Source: Calditrichia bacterium
Lineage (GTDB): Bacteria; Calditrichota; Calditrichia; JAJRVZ01
Length of the DNA stretch: 64,000 nucleotides
Assembly (NCBI GenBank): GCA_963796965.1
Contig: CAWCNS010000007.1
Coordinates: 736,001 to 800,000 of the forward strand
Direction: 5' to 3'
Shown here piece by piece: positions 32,033-41,607 of this stretch. Under the pieces are notes generated by a model. It did not search any database. It was given only the letters and a program-made list of their open reading frames with translations, and had not been told where the DNA came from. Within the stretch, counting starts at the first letter, position 1. The number at the start of each line of letters is the position of its first letter. The translations under genes and the position numbers were made by a program.

Positions 32033-32295
32033 AAAAGGGCATTCAATCCTACGATAATCAATAATTAAATTAATAATTTCCTGATTTCAGGTTCTACCCA
32101 AATATTTTGACTCGTACTATATTAACAACTTTATTAACTTACTTTTTCATTTGTCTTAAATTTTAAAAGGAGGCTATATGAAGATATCCTGGTTTATCGT
32201 CTATTCTTCATTTTTATGAAATAATTTTGTGTAAACATGTCTTTTAGTAACAAATGAATCCAATTAGTATTCAAAATCAAAAGTGCCAGGTTGTT

Positions 32296-32378
32296 TTACC
32301 GCAAAGATGCAAAGAAGGCGCAACGGCCGCAAGGCATTGATTTTAAAAATGGAAAATCATTGCGATCTTTGCGGTTAA
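32296..32378. repeat. CGCAAAG-type inverted repeat element
   Basis: ttaccgcaaagatgcaaag... / ttgcgatctttgcggttaa; same family as the 3361, 21973 and 49201 copies. Confidence 0.6.
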
Positions 32379-32426
32379 GTCTTTTAAGACCAGAATAACT
32401 AATTTTTAACAATAAAGGAGATCACG

Positions 32427-33509
32427 ATGCTAGACAAAATGAAAAGAATTATGTTTACATTCTTAATTTTTTCTCTATTATTAGTAACTCAAAGTCTTGC
32501 CCAGCAAAATTTACCTTTTATCCGGGTAAGTCCACAAGCAAAAGCCATACAGAATATCAGTTTTGCCACCGTTGAAATCAATTACAGCCGCCCCGGGGTA
32601 AAGGACAGGGAAATATATGGCAAATTAGTCCCTTACGGTCTTGCACCAAATGCATTTGGTAACGGAAAGCCCATGCCCTGGCGAGCCGGTGCCGACGAGA
32701 ATACAACCATCACCCTTTCACATGACGCAAAAATAAATGGCCAGAATCTACCTGCCGGAAAATATGGGCTTCATATAATTGTGTATGAAAATGAATGGAC
32801 CATCATCTTTAACAGTGATCATAATGCCTGGGGAAGTTTTTTCTATGAGGAAGGCAATGATGTGCTGCGAATTAAAGTCAAACCAGAAAAAACTGTTTTT
32901 CAGGAACGATTGGTATATGGATTTGAGAATTTTGAAGCTGCATCCGCTAATGCTTTTATGTCCTGGGGAGAGAAAAAAGTTTCCTTCACGATAGTATTTG
33001 ATCAACATGATCTCGTATTATCAACCTATAAAGATGAATTGACCGGGCTTGCCGGTTTTAATAATGCAGCCTGGGCTGCTGCTGCACGGTATTGCCTGCA
33101 AAATGAGGTTAATCTTGATGAAGCGATGGTCTGGATCGATAAAGCCTTGGCGATGAATGGCGGAGACAATTTCAACAACAAAGCCGTAAAGGCCGGTCTT
33201 TTAACCTTGGCAGGTAAAGATAAAGAAGGCGAAGCCGTTATGGAGGCCTCTCTGGGTGAAGCAACTGAAAATGAGATAAACAATTATGGATACCAGTTAA
33301 TGGGTCAGGGAAAACTGAATGCGGCCATAAAACTATTTCGTATGAATGTAAAAAATCATCCCGATTCCTGGAACGTCTGGGATAGTCTCGGTGAAGCATT
33401 AAGTAATAACGGTGATAAAAAGGGCGCTAAGGAAAATTACGAAAAGGCTTATGAACTAGCACCGGCCAACCAAAAAGCGCGTCTTGAAGGAATCCTAAAA
33501 GACTTGTAA
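32427..33509 (+). CDS. DUF2911 domain protein with C-terminal TPR repeats
   Basis: RVSP..., YSRPGVKDREIYG.LVPYG and WRAGADENT motifs; TPR-like C-terminus (NVWDSLGEAL..YEKAYEL); AAAGGAG RBS. Confidence 0.9.
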   Translation: MLDKMKRIMFTFLIFSLLLVTQSLAQQNLPFIRVSPQAKAIQNISFATVEINYSRPGVKDREIYGKLVPYGLAPNAFGNGKPMPWRAGADENTTITLSHDAKINGQNLPAGKYGLHIIVYENEWTIIFNSDHNAWGSFFYEEGNDVLRIKVKPEKTVFQERLVYGFENFEAASANAFMSWGEKKVSFTIVFDQHDLVLSTYKDELTGLAGFNNAAWAAAARYCLQNEVNLDEAMVWIDKALAMNGGDNFNNKAVKAGLLTLAGKDKEGEAVMEASLGEATENEINNYGYQLMGQGKLNAAIKLFRMNVKNHPDSWNVWDSLGEALSNNGDKKGAKENYEKAYELAPANQKARLEGILKDL

Positions 33510-33525
33510 ACTTGGAATATTTCCC

Positions 33526-33628
33526 GATTTGAGATATCTGATATGGGATTTGAGATGGAAATAAAGCCCTATCAAAGGTTAATTAAATCAATCTCATATC
33601 CCAAATCGGGTATCCAGCATCCTGTATC
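33526..33628. repeat. Inverted 7-bp periodic repeat (GATWTGR / ATCYCAN)
   Basis: gatttga gatatct gatatgg gatttga gatgg ... atctcat atcccaa atcgggt atccagc atcctgt atc. Confidence 0.6.
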
Positions 33629-33646
33629 AAAAACGGAGTAACCATA

Positions 33647-36128
33647 TTGAACCGAATTCACAAAAAACTGGGACGTATATTTTTTGCACTCATCTTCTCT
33701 TCCCTCTTCTCTCTTCTATCTTCTGCAAACGCTCAACTCCAGCCTGCAACGAGTGCCACCATCCGCCAGGCTCTAAATAAATTAAATGTACTGGGAGCCG
33801 TCCTCTATATCGCAGCCCATCCGGATGATGAGAACACATCGGTACTGGCTTATATGGCTCAGGGGAAATTGGTTCGTACAGCCTATCTTTCCCTTACCCG
33901 CGGCGATGGTGGCCAAAACCTATTGGGAAGTGAAAAAGGCGATTTACTTGGGGTTATTCGCACCCAGGAGCTCCTTTCTGCAAGACGTATTGACGGTGGA
34001 GGGCAATTTTTTTCCAGAGCTATCGACTTTGGATATTCTAAAACTGCCGATGAAACATTAAGAAACTGGGATAAGCAGACTCATTTTATCAGATGTGGTT
34101 CGGGTTATACGTACATTTAAACCGGATATTATTCTCACCAGATTCTCAGAAACCCGCGGTGGACACGGCCATCATATAGCCTCTGGGATATTAGCAAAAG
34201 AGGCATTTATAGCCGCTGCCGATGCCTCACAATTTCCCGAACAATTGGACAAATTGCAGACCTGGAAGACAAAACGAATATTCTGGAACACCTGGTCGCC
34301 TTCAGCAAACGCTTTATCGATAGATGTGGGAGAATATAACAGTCTATTGGGTCTGTCTTACCAGGAGTTTGCTGCCGCCAGCCGCTCCATGCATAAAAGT
34401 CAGGGGTTTGGCTCCAGCCCGGGTCGTGGTACGCAATTGGTCCATTTTGATCTTACTGCCGGAGATTCGGCTCAAAATGATATCTTCGATGATGTGGATC
34501 TTACCTGGAATCGTATCCCAGGTGGTGCTGTTATTCAGGAATCAGTACAATCAATCATCAATAAATATGATGATGAAAATCCAGCTACTATAATCGCCGA
34601 CCTCATTGATCTGTATAAAAAAGTTGACGATCTTTCTGAAAATCACTGGAAAGGAATAAAAAAACATGATATTCAGGAATTGATCCGCATGTGCAGCGGG
34701 TTGTGGATAGAATCTATTGTTTGGCAACCTGGAATTTCTCCCGGATCATCCCTTGATGTAAGAAGTATGGTGCTCTCCCGTTCGGAGACCTCAATCAAAG
34801 TACACAATATTCAAACCTCTTACTCTCGGAAAGATACCCTACTGAATAAAACCCTGGAAGTGAATAAGCCATTTTCATTCAAGCAGAATATCACAATTCC
34901 GCAAGATGCACCCTATACTCAACCATTCTGGTTAAAGGAGCCCAATGATGGCAAAATGTTTAATATCTCTGACTCCGATCAAATCAACAATCCAGAGACA
35001 GAGCCGGCCCTTCGTACAAAATTCAAAGTGCAAATAGCAGATATTGAACTGATTTATGAGATTCCCGTGCTTTATCGATGGACAGACGCCGTTTTAGGTG
35101 AACAGTTCCGTCCATTTATAATCAGGCCGGCAGTCAATGTTCACATCGAGGAACCTACATATATATTTGCAGATTCAAAGGTAAGAGATATTAAGGTTCA
35201 TGTGATCTCGACTAGTGGCAATCATCAGGGTCAGTTAAGTTTTTCACTTCCGTCTGGTTGGGAGATTGAACCAAAAACAATCGATTTTACTTTAAAGGAA
35301 ACGGGCGATCAAAGCTCTTACTCTTTCCACGTTAAACCTTCAGCAAATGCAAAAAACGGTTCAGCCTCTTTATTAGCAGAGATTAGTGGAAGAAAGTATA
35401 CCAAAGAAATTATTGAAATGGACTATGGTCATATTCCTTTTCAAACAGCTCTCCAACCAGCGCAGACCCATCTGGTAAATCTTGACATCACTATCGAGCC
35501 TGGTCGGATTGGCTATATTATGGGTTCGGGAGACGATATACCCGAGTCATTATCACAACTTGGTTATAAAGTAGATCTCTTGAGCGATCCGGACCTCGAG
35601 ACTAAAGATTTGATGAGCTATGATGCTATTATTTGTGGTGTTCGTGCTTTTAATACACGTCCGGATCTACAACGACAACAAAAAAAACTAATCGACTATG
35701 TGGCAGAAGGAGGTACCTGGATCGTGCAACATAATACACGGTTTGGGACTCAGGTAAAACAAATAGGACCCTATCCCTTTAATACATCAGGAAGAGATCG
35801 TATCAGTGAGGAAAATGCGAAGATAACAATATTAATTCCGGATCATCCTCTGTTTAATTATCCGAACAAAATTACCGAAAATGATTTCGACGGTTGGGTG
35901 CAGGAACGCGGGCTTTATTTTGCCCAAAGCTGGGAGGGAAAACTTTATCCCTTGTTATCTGGGAATGACCATAATGAACCGGCAAAATTGGGAGGATTAC
36001 TTTATGCCCGCTATGGCAAGGGTGTGTTTATTTTTACAGCCTTTTCATGGTTCCGACAATTACCTGCAGGGGTTCCAGGGGCCTACCGGTTATTTGTAAA
36101 TATAATCTCCGCAAGTGGACAGGAATAG
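33647..36128 (+). CDS. PIG-L/LmbE family deacetylase with NEW3-like and class I GATase-like C-terminal domains, frameshift near 34085
   Basis: AAHPDDE, TRGDGGQN, RTQEL and DFGYSK in 33647..34120; HGHH, RSMHKSQGFG, WVQERGLYF and FRQLPAGVPGAYRL in 34095..36128. Confidence 0.9.
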
Positions 36129-36129
36129 T

Positions 36130-36270
36130 ATGGATTCAAAAATAGATAAAATAGAAGTGGAAGAAAAACCACCCGTCTTAAAAACCTGGAATCGTATTTA
36201 TACTTTGCTTATACTAAATTTGATATTCTGTTTGACACTATTTTACATTATTCGCAGGATATTTGAATGA
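36130..36270 (+). CDS. Small single-pass membrane protein (46 aa), probable symporter accessory subunit
   Basis: Below the ORF-track cutoff. Reads MDSKIDKIEVEEKPPVLKTWNRIYTLLILNLIFCLTLFYIIRRIFE; its stop overlaps the next start (ATGA). Confidence 0.8.
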   Translation: MDSKIDKIEVEEKPPVLKTWNRIYTLLILNLIFCLTLFYIIRRIFE

Positions 36271-37955
36271 GTACACTAGACTGGCTGGTCATGTGCGGAT
36301 TTCTTCTTTTTATCGTCGTATACGGTACCTGGAAAAGTCGCGGAAGCAAGAATATAAAAGAATTTTTATTGGCTAATAAAGCCACCCCCTGGTATACAGT
36401 CGCCCTTTCCATAATGGCCACACAGGCAAGCGCGATTACCTTTCTTTCCACTCCCGGTCAGGCCTTTGTCGATGGTATGCGATTTGTTCAGTTCTACATC
36501 GGTTTGCCCATTGCGATGATTATCCTATCTATCACTGCTGTTCCTCTTTATCATAAATTAAATGTATTTACTGCCTATGAGTATCTCGAAGACCGTTTTG
36601 ATCTAAAGAACCGCGCATTAGGTAGTTTTCTATTTTTGATTCAGCGTGGTCTGGCCGCGGGTTTTACAATATTCGCTCCAGCTTTGATCTTTTCCGCCCT
36701 ACTTGGCTGGCCAATAGAATGGACCATTCTCGTCATAGGTATTCTTGTAATAGTCTATACTGCTTCAGGGGGCACGCAGGCCGTAAACAAAACACATATG
36801 CTTCAAATGACCGTTATCTTTGCCGGAATGTTTGCTGCATTTATAATGATATTTCGTTTATTGCCCGAATCCGTCTCATTTGTAGATGCGGCTCATATTG
36901 CCGGTAAAATGGGAAAACTCAACACAATAGATTTTTCTTTTAATCTTGAGGACCGTTATACATTTTGGTCGGGTCTGATCGGTGGGACCTTTCTGGCCCT
37001 CTCCTATTTTGGCACCGATCAGTCACAGGTACAGCGTTATCTGGCTGGTAGTTCGATCACCCAAAGTCGGATGGGATTAATGTTGAATGGTCTTCTCAAA
37101 GTTCCCATGCAATTTTTCATTCTGTATATTGGTGCCATGGTATTTGTATTCTTCCAGTTTGTCGTTCCTCCCTTATTTTTTAATCCCGTTGAAACCGATA
37201 ACATCAAAAATAGTACCTATTCCCATGACTATAACCGGTTGGAAAATGAATATTTACAGATCCACCAGAATAAAGAGATATCGATTCAAGAAATGTTACA
37301 AGCCCTTGATCGTGATGATTCCGGAGAAGTAAGAAAGCAACAATCACGTATTCTGGACGCACAATCAAGAGCTGCAAAAGTTCGTGAAGAAGCAATTTCA
37401 CTGATAAAAGAGAATAACCCCGAAAGCGATGGCAATGATACAAATTATATATTTTTAAGCTTTGTCATGGCATTTCTTCCAGCCGGCCTAATAGGGATGG
37501 TTCTCGCCGCGATTCTCTCTGCCTCCATGTCCTCAACGGCAGCAGAACTTAATGCGCTCGCTTCTACAACTGTTATTGATATCTATCGTCGCCTGATAAA
37601 AAAGGACGGCAATGATCAACATTACCTGCTTGTATCTAAAATCGTAACAATCTTCTGGGGAGGTTTTGCCATCTTTTTCGCCCTTTTTGCAAACCGCCTG
37701 GGATCTCTCATCGAAGCAGTCAATATTCTTGGGTCATTATTTTATGGTACCATATTAGGACTATTTTTAGTTGCTTTTTATTTAAAAAAAATCGGTGGAA
37801 ATGCTGTCTTCATTTCTGCGATTATATCCGAAATTTTTGTATTAGGCTTATTTTTTCTTACAGACATACCTTATCTATGGTTCAATTTTATCGGATGTGT
37901 AACGGTTATTGTATTAGCATTAGCAATCAATAGATATTTTATTGCAAAGGGATAA
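36267..37955 (+). CDS. Sodium:solute symporter (SSS family)
   Basis: SIMATQASAITFLSTPG, TAYEYLEDRF, GTDQSQVQRYL and AAILSASMSS motifs; many TM helices. Confidence 0.95.
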   Translation: MSTLDWLVMCGFLLFIVVYGTWKSRGSKNIKEFLLANKATPWYTVALSIMATQASAITFLSTPGQAFVDGMRFVQFYIGLPIAMIILSITAVPLYHKLNVFTAYEYLEDRFDLKNRALGSFLFLIQRGLAAGFTIFAPALIFSALLGWPIEWTILVIGILVIVYTASGGTQAVNKTHMLQMTVIFAGMFAAFIMIFRLLPESVSFVDAAHIAGKMGKLNTIDFSFNLEDRYTFWSGLIGGTFLALSYFGTDQSQVQRYLAGSSITQSRMGLMLNGLLKVPMQFFILYIGAMVFVFFQFVVPPLFFNPVETDNIKNSTYSHDYNRLENEYLQIHQNKEISIQEMLQALDRDDSGEVRKQQSRILDAQSRAAKVREEAISLIKENNPESDGNDTNYIFLSFVMAFLPAGLIGMVLAAILSASMSSTAAELNALASTTVIDIYRRLIKKDGNDQHYLLVSKIVTIFWGGFAIFFALFANRLGSLIEAVNILGSLFYGTILGLFLVAFYLKKIGGNAVFISAIISEIFVLGLFFLTDIPYLWFNFIGCVTVIVLALAINRYFIAKG

Positions 37956-38219
37956 CATAATATGTCCCCACTCCCTTCTTCTTGTGTAAAGTATTTCTCC
38001 AAGCACCTGTTATCAATCGATACACTTCAGAGAAGAGTTTTGGGGATTGGGGATGAGATCTTATATTTGGGTGTATGAAGGACCTCACCCCTTAATCCCC
38101 TTTCCTTTTAGGAGTGCGATTATGGGTGAGGTTCGGATCAAAAACAAAGATCTAAGAAAACGCCTGTTTTGATTGAACATTTTTCGCATTTCGTCCGTTA
38201 AAATATTGTAAATTATACC

Positions 38220-38795
38220 ATGAAAACACTCGAGAATTTATATTTCACTGACCGTTCAGAGTGGCGTAGTTGGCTCGAAGTAAATCATTCATTAAAAGAT
38301 GGAATATGGTTTATCTATTATAAAGCGCATGCAGAAATGCCATCTGTATCTTATGAAGATAGTGTTGAAGAAGCACTTTGTTTTGGTTGGATTGATAGCA
38401 TTATTAAGAAAATTGATAATAACAAATACGCCCGAAAATTTACAGTGCGAAACAATAATAGTATATGGTCAGAATCTAATAAAAAACGCGTTGGTAAATT
38501 GATAACCGCAGGATTAATGACAGATGCGGGTATGATCAAAGTCAAGGCTGGGAAAAAATCTGGTAAATGGAATGAGGTCATTAATATACCTACATTTAAA
38601 GATTTACACCCGGAATTTAAAATCGCATTAGATAAAAATAAAACAGCTAAAAGTAATTTTTATAATCTGGCACAATCATATCGCCGGCAATATATTGGAT
38701 GGATCAGTACAGCTAAAAAAGAAGATACCCGCAAAAAACGGATATCAGAAGCGATTGAACTCTTAGAAAAAAATCAAAAATTGGGATTAAGATAG
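38220..38795 (+). CDS. YdeI/OmpD-associated family protein
   Basis: WRSWLE.NH, EEALCFGWIDS, SIWSESNK and AKKEDTRKKRI motifs. Confidence 0.92.
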   Translation: MKTLENLYFTDRSEWRSWLEVNHSLKDGIWFIYYKAHAEMPSVSYEDSVEEALCFGWIDSIIKKIDNNKYARKFTVRNNNSIWSESNKKRVGKLITAGLMTDAGMIKVKAGKKSGKWNEVINIPTFKDLHPEFKIALDKNKTAKSNFYNLAQSYRRQYIGWISTAKKEDTRKKRISEAIELLEKNQKLGLR

Positions 38796-38804
38796 TAGCA
38801 ATAA

Positions 38805-39232
38805 TTGTCTATCGAGGATTATAAAATGACAAAAGAATATTATTTTAAAACAGAAGACCTACTTATTTGGCGTCCAACAGGCAACATCAAGATTGAAGTA
38901 ATTCAAGACTTTATAAAATTTCTGGAGGAATATGTAGCAAGCAATAATTCTGATTTTAAACGATTTATTGATTTGTCCCTTATCGAGAGTATATCTGTTA
39001 ATTACGAAGAACTATATGGCATTGCCGCAGACCGGCGTGACCACGCAAATAAGAAGTTTGAGAACATTGTTAATCTTGCATTTTATGTCAATAACGCTCT
39101 GTCCTTTGGTATGGCGCGTATGTATGAAAATTTGCTTGATACACTCTGCTTACAATTTAGGGATATTCTATTCGTTAAAAGAAGTTGACTGATTTTTTGA
39201 ATGTTGAAATCTCACTGCTTTCTGAGGAATGA
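38805..39232 (+). CDS. Hypothetical protein (STAS/SEC14-like), probable C-terminal frameshift near 39145
   Basis: RFIDLS..., SFGMARMYE; an alternative frame continues to a stop at 39232. Confidence 0.55.
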
Positions 39233-39513
39233 TGATCACTGTATCTTATTGCCACCATAAACTGTGTAAAGCAAGTGCCTAGCACAGAGGGAGAAACACA
39301 TAGTCAATTTTATAACATTGCTCTTTATGCGCTATGCGCCTTATTCAATGTAAATAATTTCTCGATGCTCTAATTGTTCGCAATGGTTACAATATTTTAC
39401 AGCGATTCATTACTATCCTGCATTTAGATTGAGAGTCATGTTTTATTTATTTTTGTTACTGATTTTGGTATATTTTATACTTGGCTAAATAAGGATAAGA
39501 ATATAGAAATATT

Positions 39514-40107
39514 ATGAGGATTTTTGGATATATATTGTTTCTTCTATTGCTCTTAATTTGGGGGTGTACAAATCCTTTCACAACCAGAGAGATTGAAGAA
39601 CCTGATATTAACAATAGTAGCGATATCTTCGATCAGCCTATCAGCCATGAGGTTGTATTAAATAACTTTCGCTATGCAATCATCCAAAAAAATATCTCAA
39701 ATTATATGAATTGTTTCGTTGAGCCATCATTGGCATACAATTTTACATACAAATATTTGCCAGACCGGTCTATTGAATCTGAAAAATTTTTAGATTGGGA
39801 CCTTACCTATGAAAGGATATACTTAAATACTGTATTCAATCAATCTATTGATATTTCTCTGGAGTATCTGGATGAGATTGTATACACAAATATCAGCCAA
39901 TCCCCTGATTCTGTACAGACGAATTCATTCAGGTATGAATTGAGAATCTCATTCGAGAGCGAGGAATCTGTTTTTACGGGGTTAGCCAGAATGAAATTGA
40001 TTAAAAACATGAATGCAATGTGGGCCATCTACTTTTGGGAGGATTCAAAGCCTGCTGACCTGGAAAGCAATAGCTGGTCAAATCTAAAAGCAAATTACAA
40101 AAACTAA
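39514..40107 (+). CDS. Hypothetical lipoprotein
   Basis: Lipobox IWGC followed by TNPF; C-terminal W.I..WED. Confidence 0.8.
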   Translation: MRIFGYILFLLLLLIWGCTNPFTTREIEEPDINNSSDIFDQPISHEVVLNNFRYAIIQKNISNYMNCFVEPSLAYNFTYKYLPDRSIESEKFLDWDLTYERIYLNTVFNQSIDISLEYLDEIVYTNISQSPDSVQTNSFRYELRISFESEESVFTGLARMKLIKNMNAMWAIYFWEDSKPADLESNSWSNLKANYKN

Positions 40108-40112
40108 AATAG

Positions 40113-40628
40113 ATGAAACTTTTTGTTAAAGTTATACCGATTATATTTATTGTATTAAGTTGTAACCCTTTTGCACCATCGTTAACCGACGGAGAATCCA
40201 ATAGTAGTACTATAACACAGCAGAAAACGCCTCGTGATGTTTTAACAAATTTTCGCTATGCATACGTATTTAAAGATTCCCTTGTCTACAGTGATGTTTT
40301 AGATAGTTCATTTCAGTTTATTTCAAAAAACTATGGAACATCACCCCCCACTAATATTAACTGGGGGCGTGATGTCGATATTATAACAACAACAAGATTA
40401 TTTCGTCATTTTGATTTTTTAGAACTGGAATGGGGTGCAAATCTATCTAAAATAGTAAATAAAACTAAAAATGACAGCCTTTCTTCTGAAATTAAGATAA
40501 CCTTCCAACTCACCTTAGATGGCGGAAGAGATATACCAACGATAAAAGGAGAGGCTCTCTTTAATTTTATAAAAAATTCAGATGGAATCTGGAAAATAAC
40601 CAGGTGGGAAGATCTATCAAGTTTCTAA
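40113..40628 (+). CDS. Hypothetical lipoprotein, paralog of the upstream gene
   Basis: Lipobox VLSC followed by NPF; shares VL.NFRYA and WKITRWED with 39514..40107. Confidence 0.8.
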   Translation: MKLFVKVIPIIFIVLSCNPFAPSLTDGESNSSTITQQKTPRDVLTNFRYAYVFKDSLVYSDVLDSSFQFISKNYGTSPPTNINWGRDVDIITTTRLFRHFDFLELEWGANLSKIVNKTKNDSLSSEIKITFQLTLDGGRDIPTIKGEALFNFIKNSDGIWKITRWEDLSSF

Positions 40629-40643
40629 GGTAATGGAGGATAA

Positions 40644-41355
40644 ATGAGTCGTATAGGTATTGATATTGATCCAGCAGCAATAATTCGTAATATTTTCGCC
40701 GAAGACATTCCGGACCCCGCACACTTGAGTGTATTGGGGGAGATGGGTGGAGCAGAATCGGTAATCTGCTATCTGCGGGAAGATAAGAAAAGTGTAAACG
40801 AAAGGGATGTAAGGGTTTTAAAGGAGATTGTAAAAACCCACCTGATTGTACGAACGACGATTACAGAGGATACAGTTCGAAAACTATTGAAAATTAAACC
40901 TGACATGGTCACATTCGTTACTTCAGGACCTGAAACATCCATATTGCCGGGAACAGTAAACCTGGAAGACTACGCCGGATCTCTAAGCGACTACATCGCT
41001 GATGCCAGGGCAAATGGTATTGCTACAAGTGTTTATTTGGAACCCGAGGTCAATATGGTAAAATTGGCGGGTAAACTAGAGTTTGACTATATCGAAATAA
41101 ACGCAAAATCCTATACTTCTGCTCAGGATCTTGACGAACAATTAGCGGAAGCTAGAAGCAATAAATTCACTTGTTATTGCCTCCAACAAATTAGGAATGG
41201 GGGTCAATATCAGCAATGGTATTAATCAGGAGAATATTAAGGATCTGGCCAAGATCCCCTTCCTGGATGATATTATTGTATCCAACTCTCTTATTGTCAA
41301 GGCTCTTGCTATCGGCTTCGAGCAGGCAGTGAGAGACTTTGTAAGTATTATTTAG
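40644..41355 (+). CDS. pdxJ: PdxJ (pyridoxine 5'-phosphate synthase)-fold protein with degenerate active site, frameshift near 41150
   Basis: Colinear with PdxJ (PDP, LRED, RDV, KPDMV, IEI). The shifted frame continues LEAINSLVIASNKLGMGVNISNGINQENIKDLAKIPFLDDIIVSNSLIVKALAIGFEQAVRDFVSII* to 41355. Confidence 0.8.
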
Positions 41356-41607
41356 TGAACTCAGCCACTAACTCTTTACACGTTGGTGCAACTTCCCACT
41401 TTCCCAACAAGAGAAAAAGAAGAGAAGTTTACTATTTATGAGAAATACTTATTTTCCCTCTCCTGATAGGAGAGGGCTTTTATGCATGTATCGATGTAAT
41501 AATTTGGTTGTGGAGAATGAAAACTTATCAATCTCATCGTTACATAGTTGTAGTGATTTAATTGGTATTAATCTTATTTTTTACCGGATATTAATGTAAA
41601 TTTATTT

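Noticed and set aside
31500..32420. Hidden gene or riboswitch in the ~900-bp divergent intergenic region (including ORF 31587..31778)
   Set aside because: No recognisable protein or RNA motif; only AT-rich promoter-like DNA and two repeat elements.
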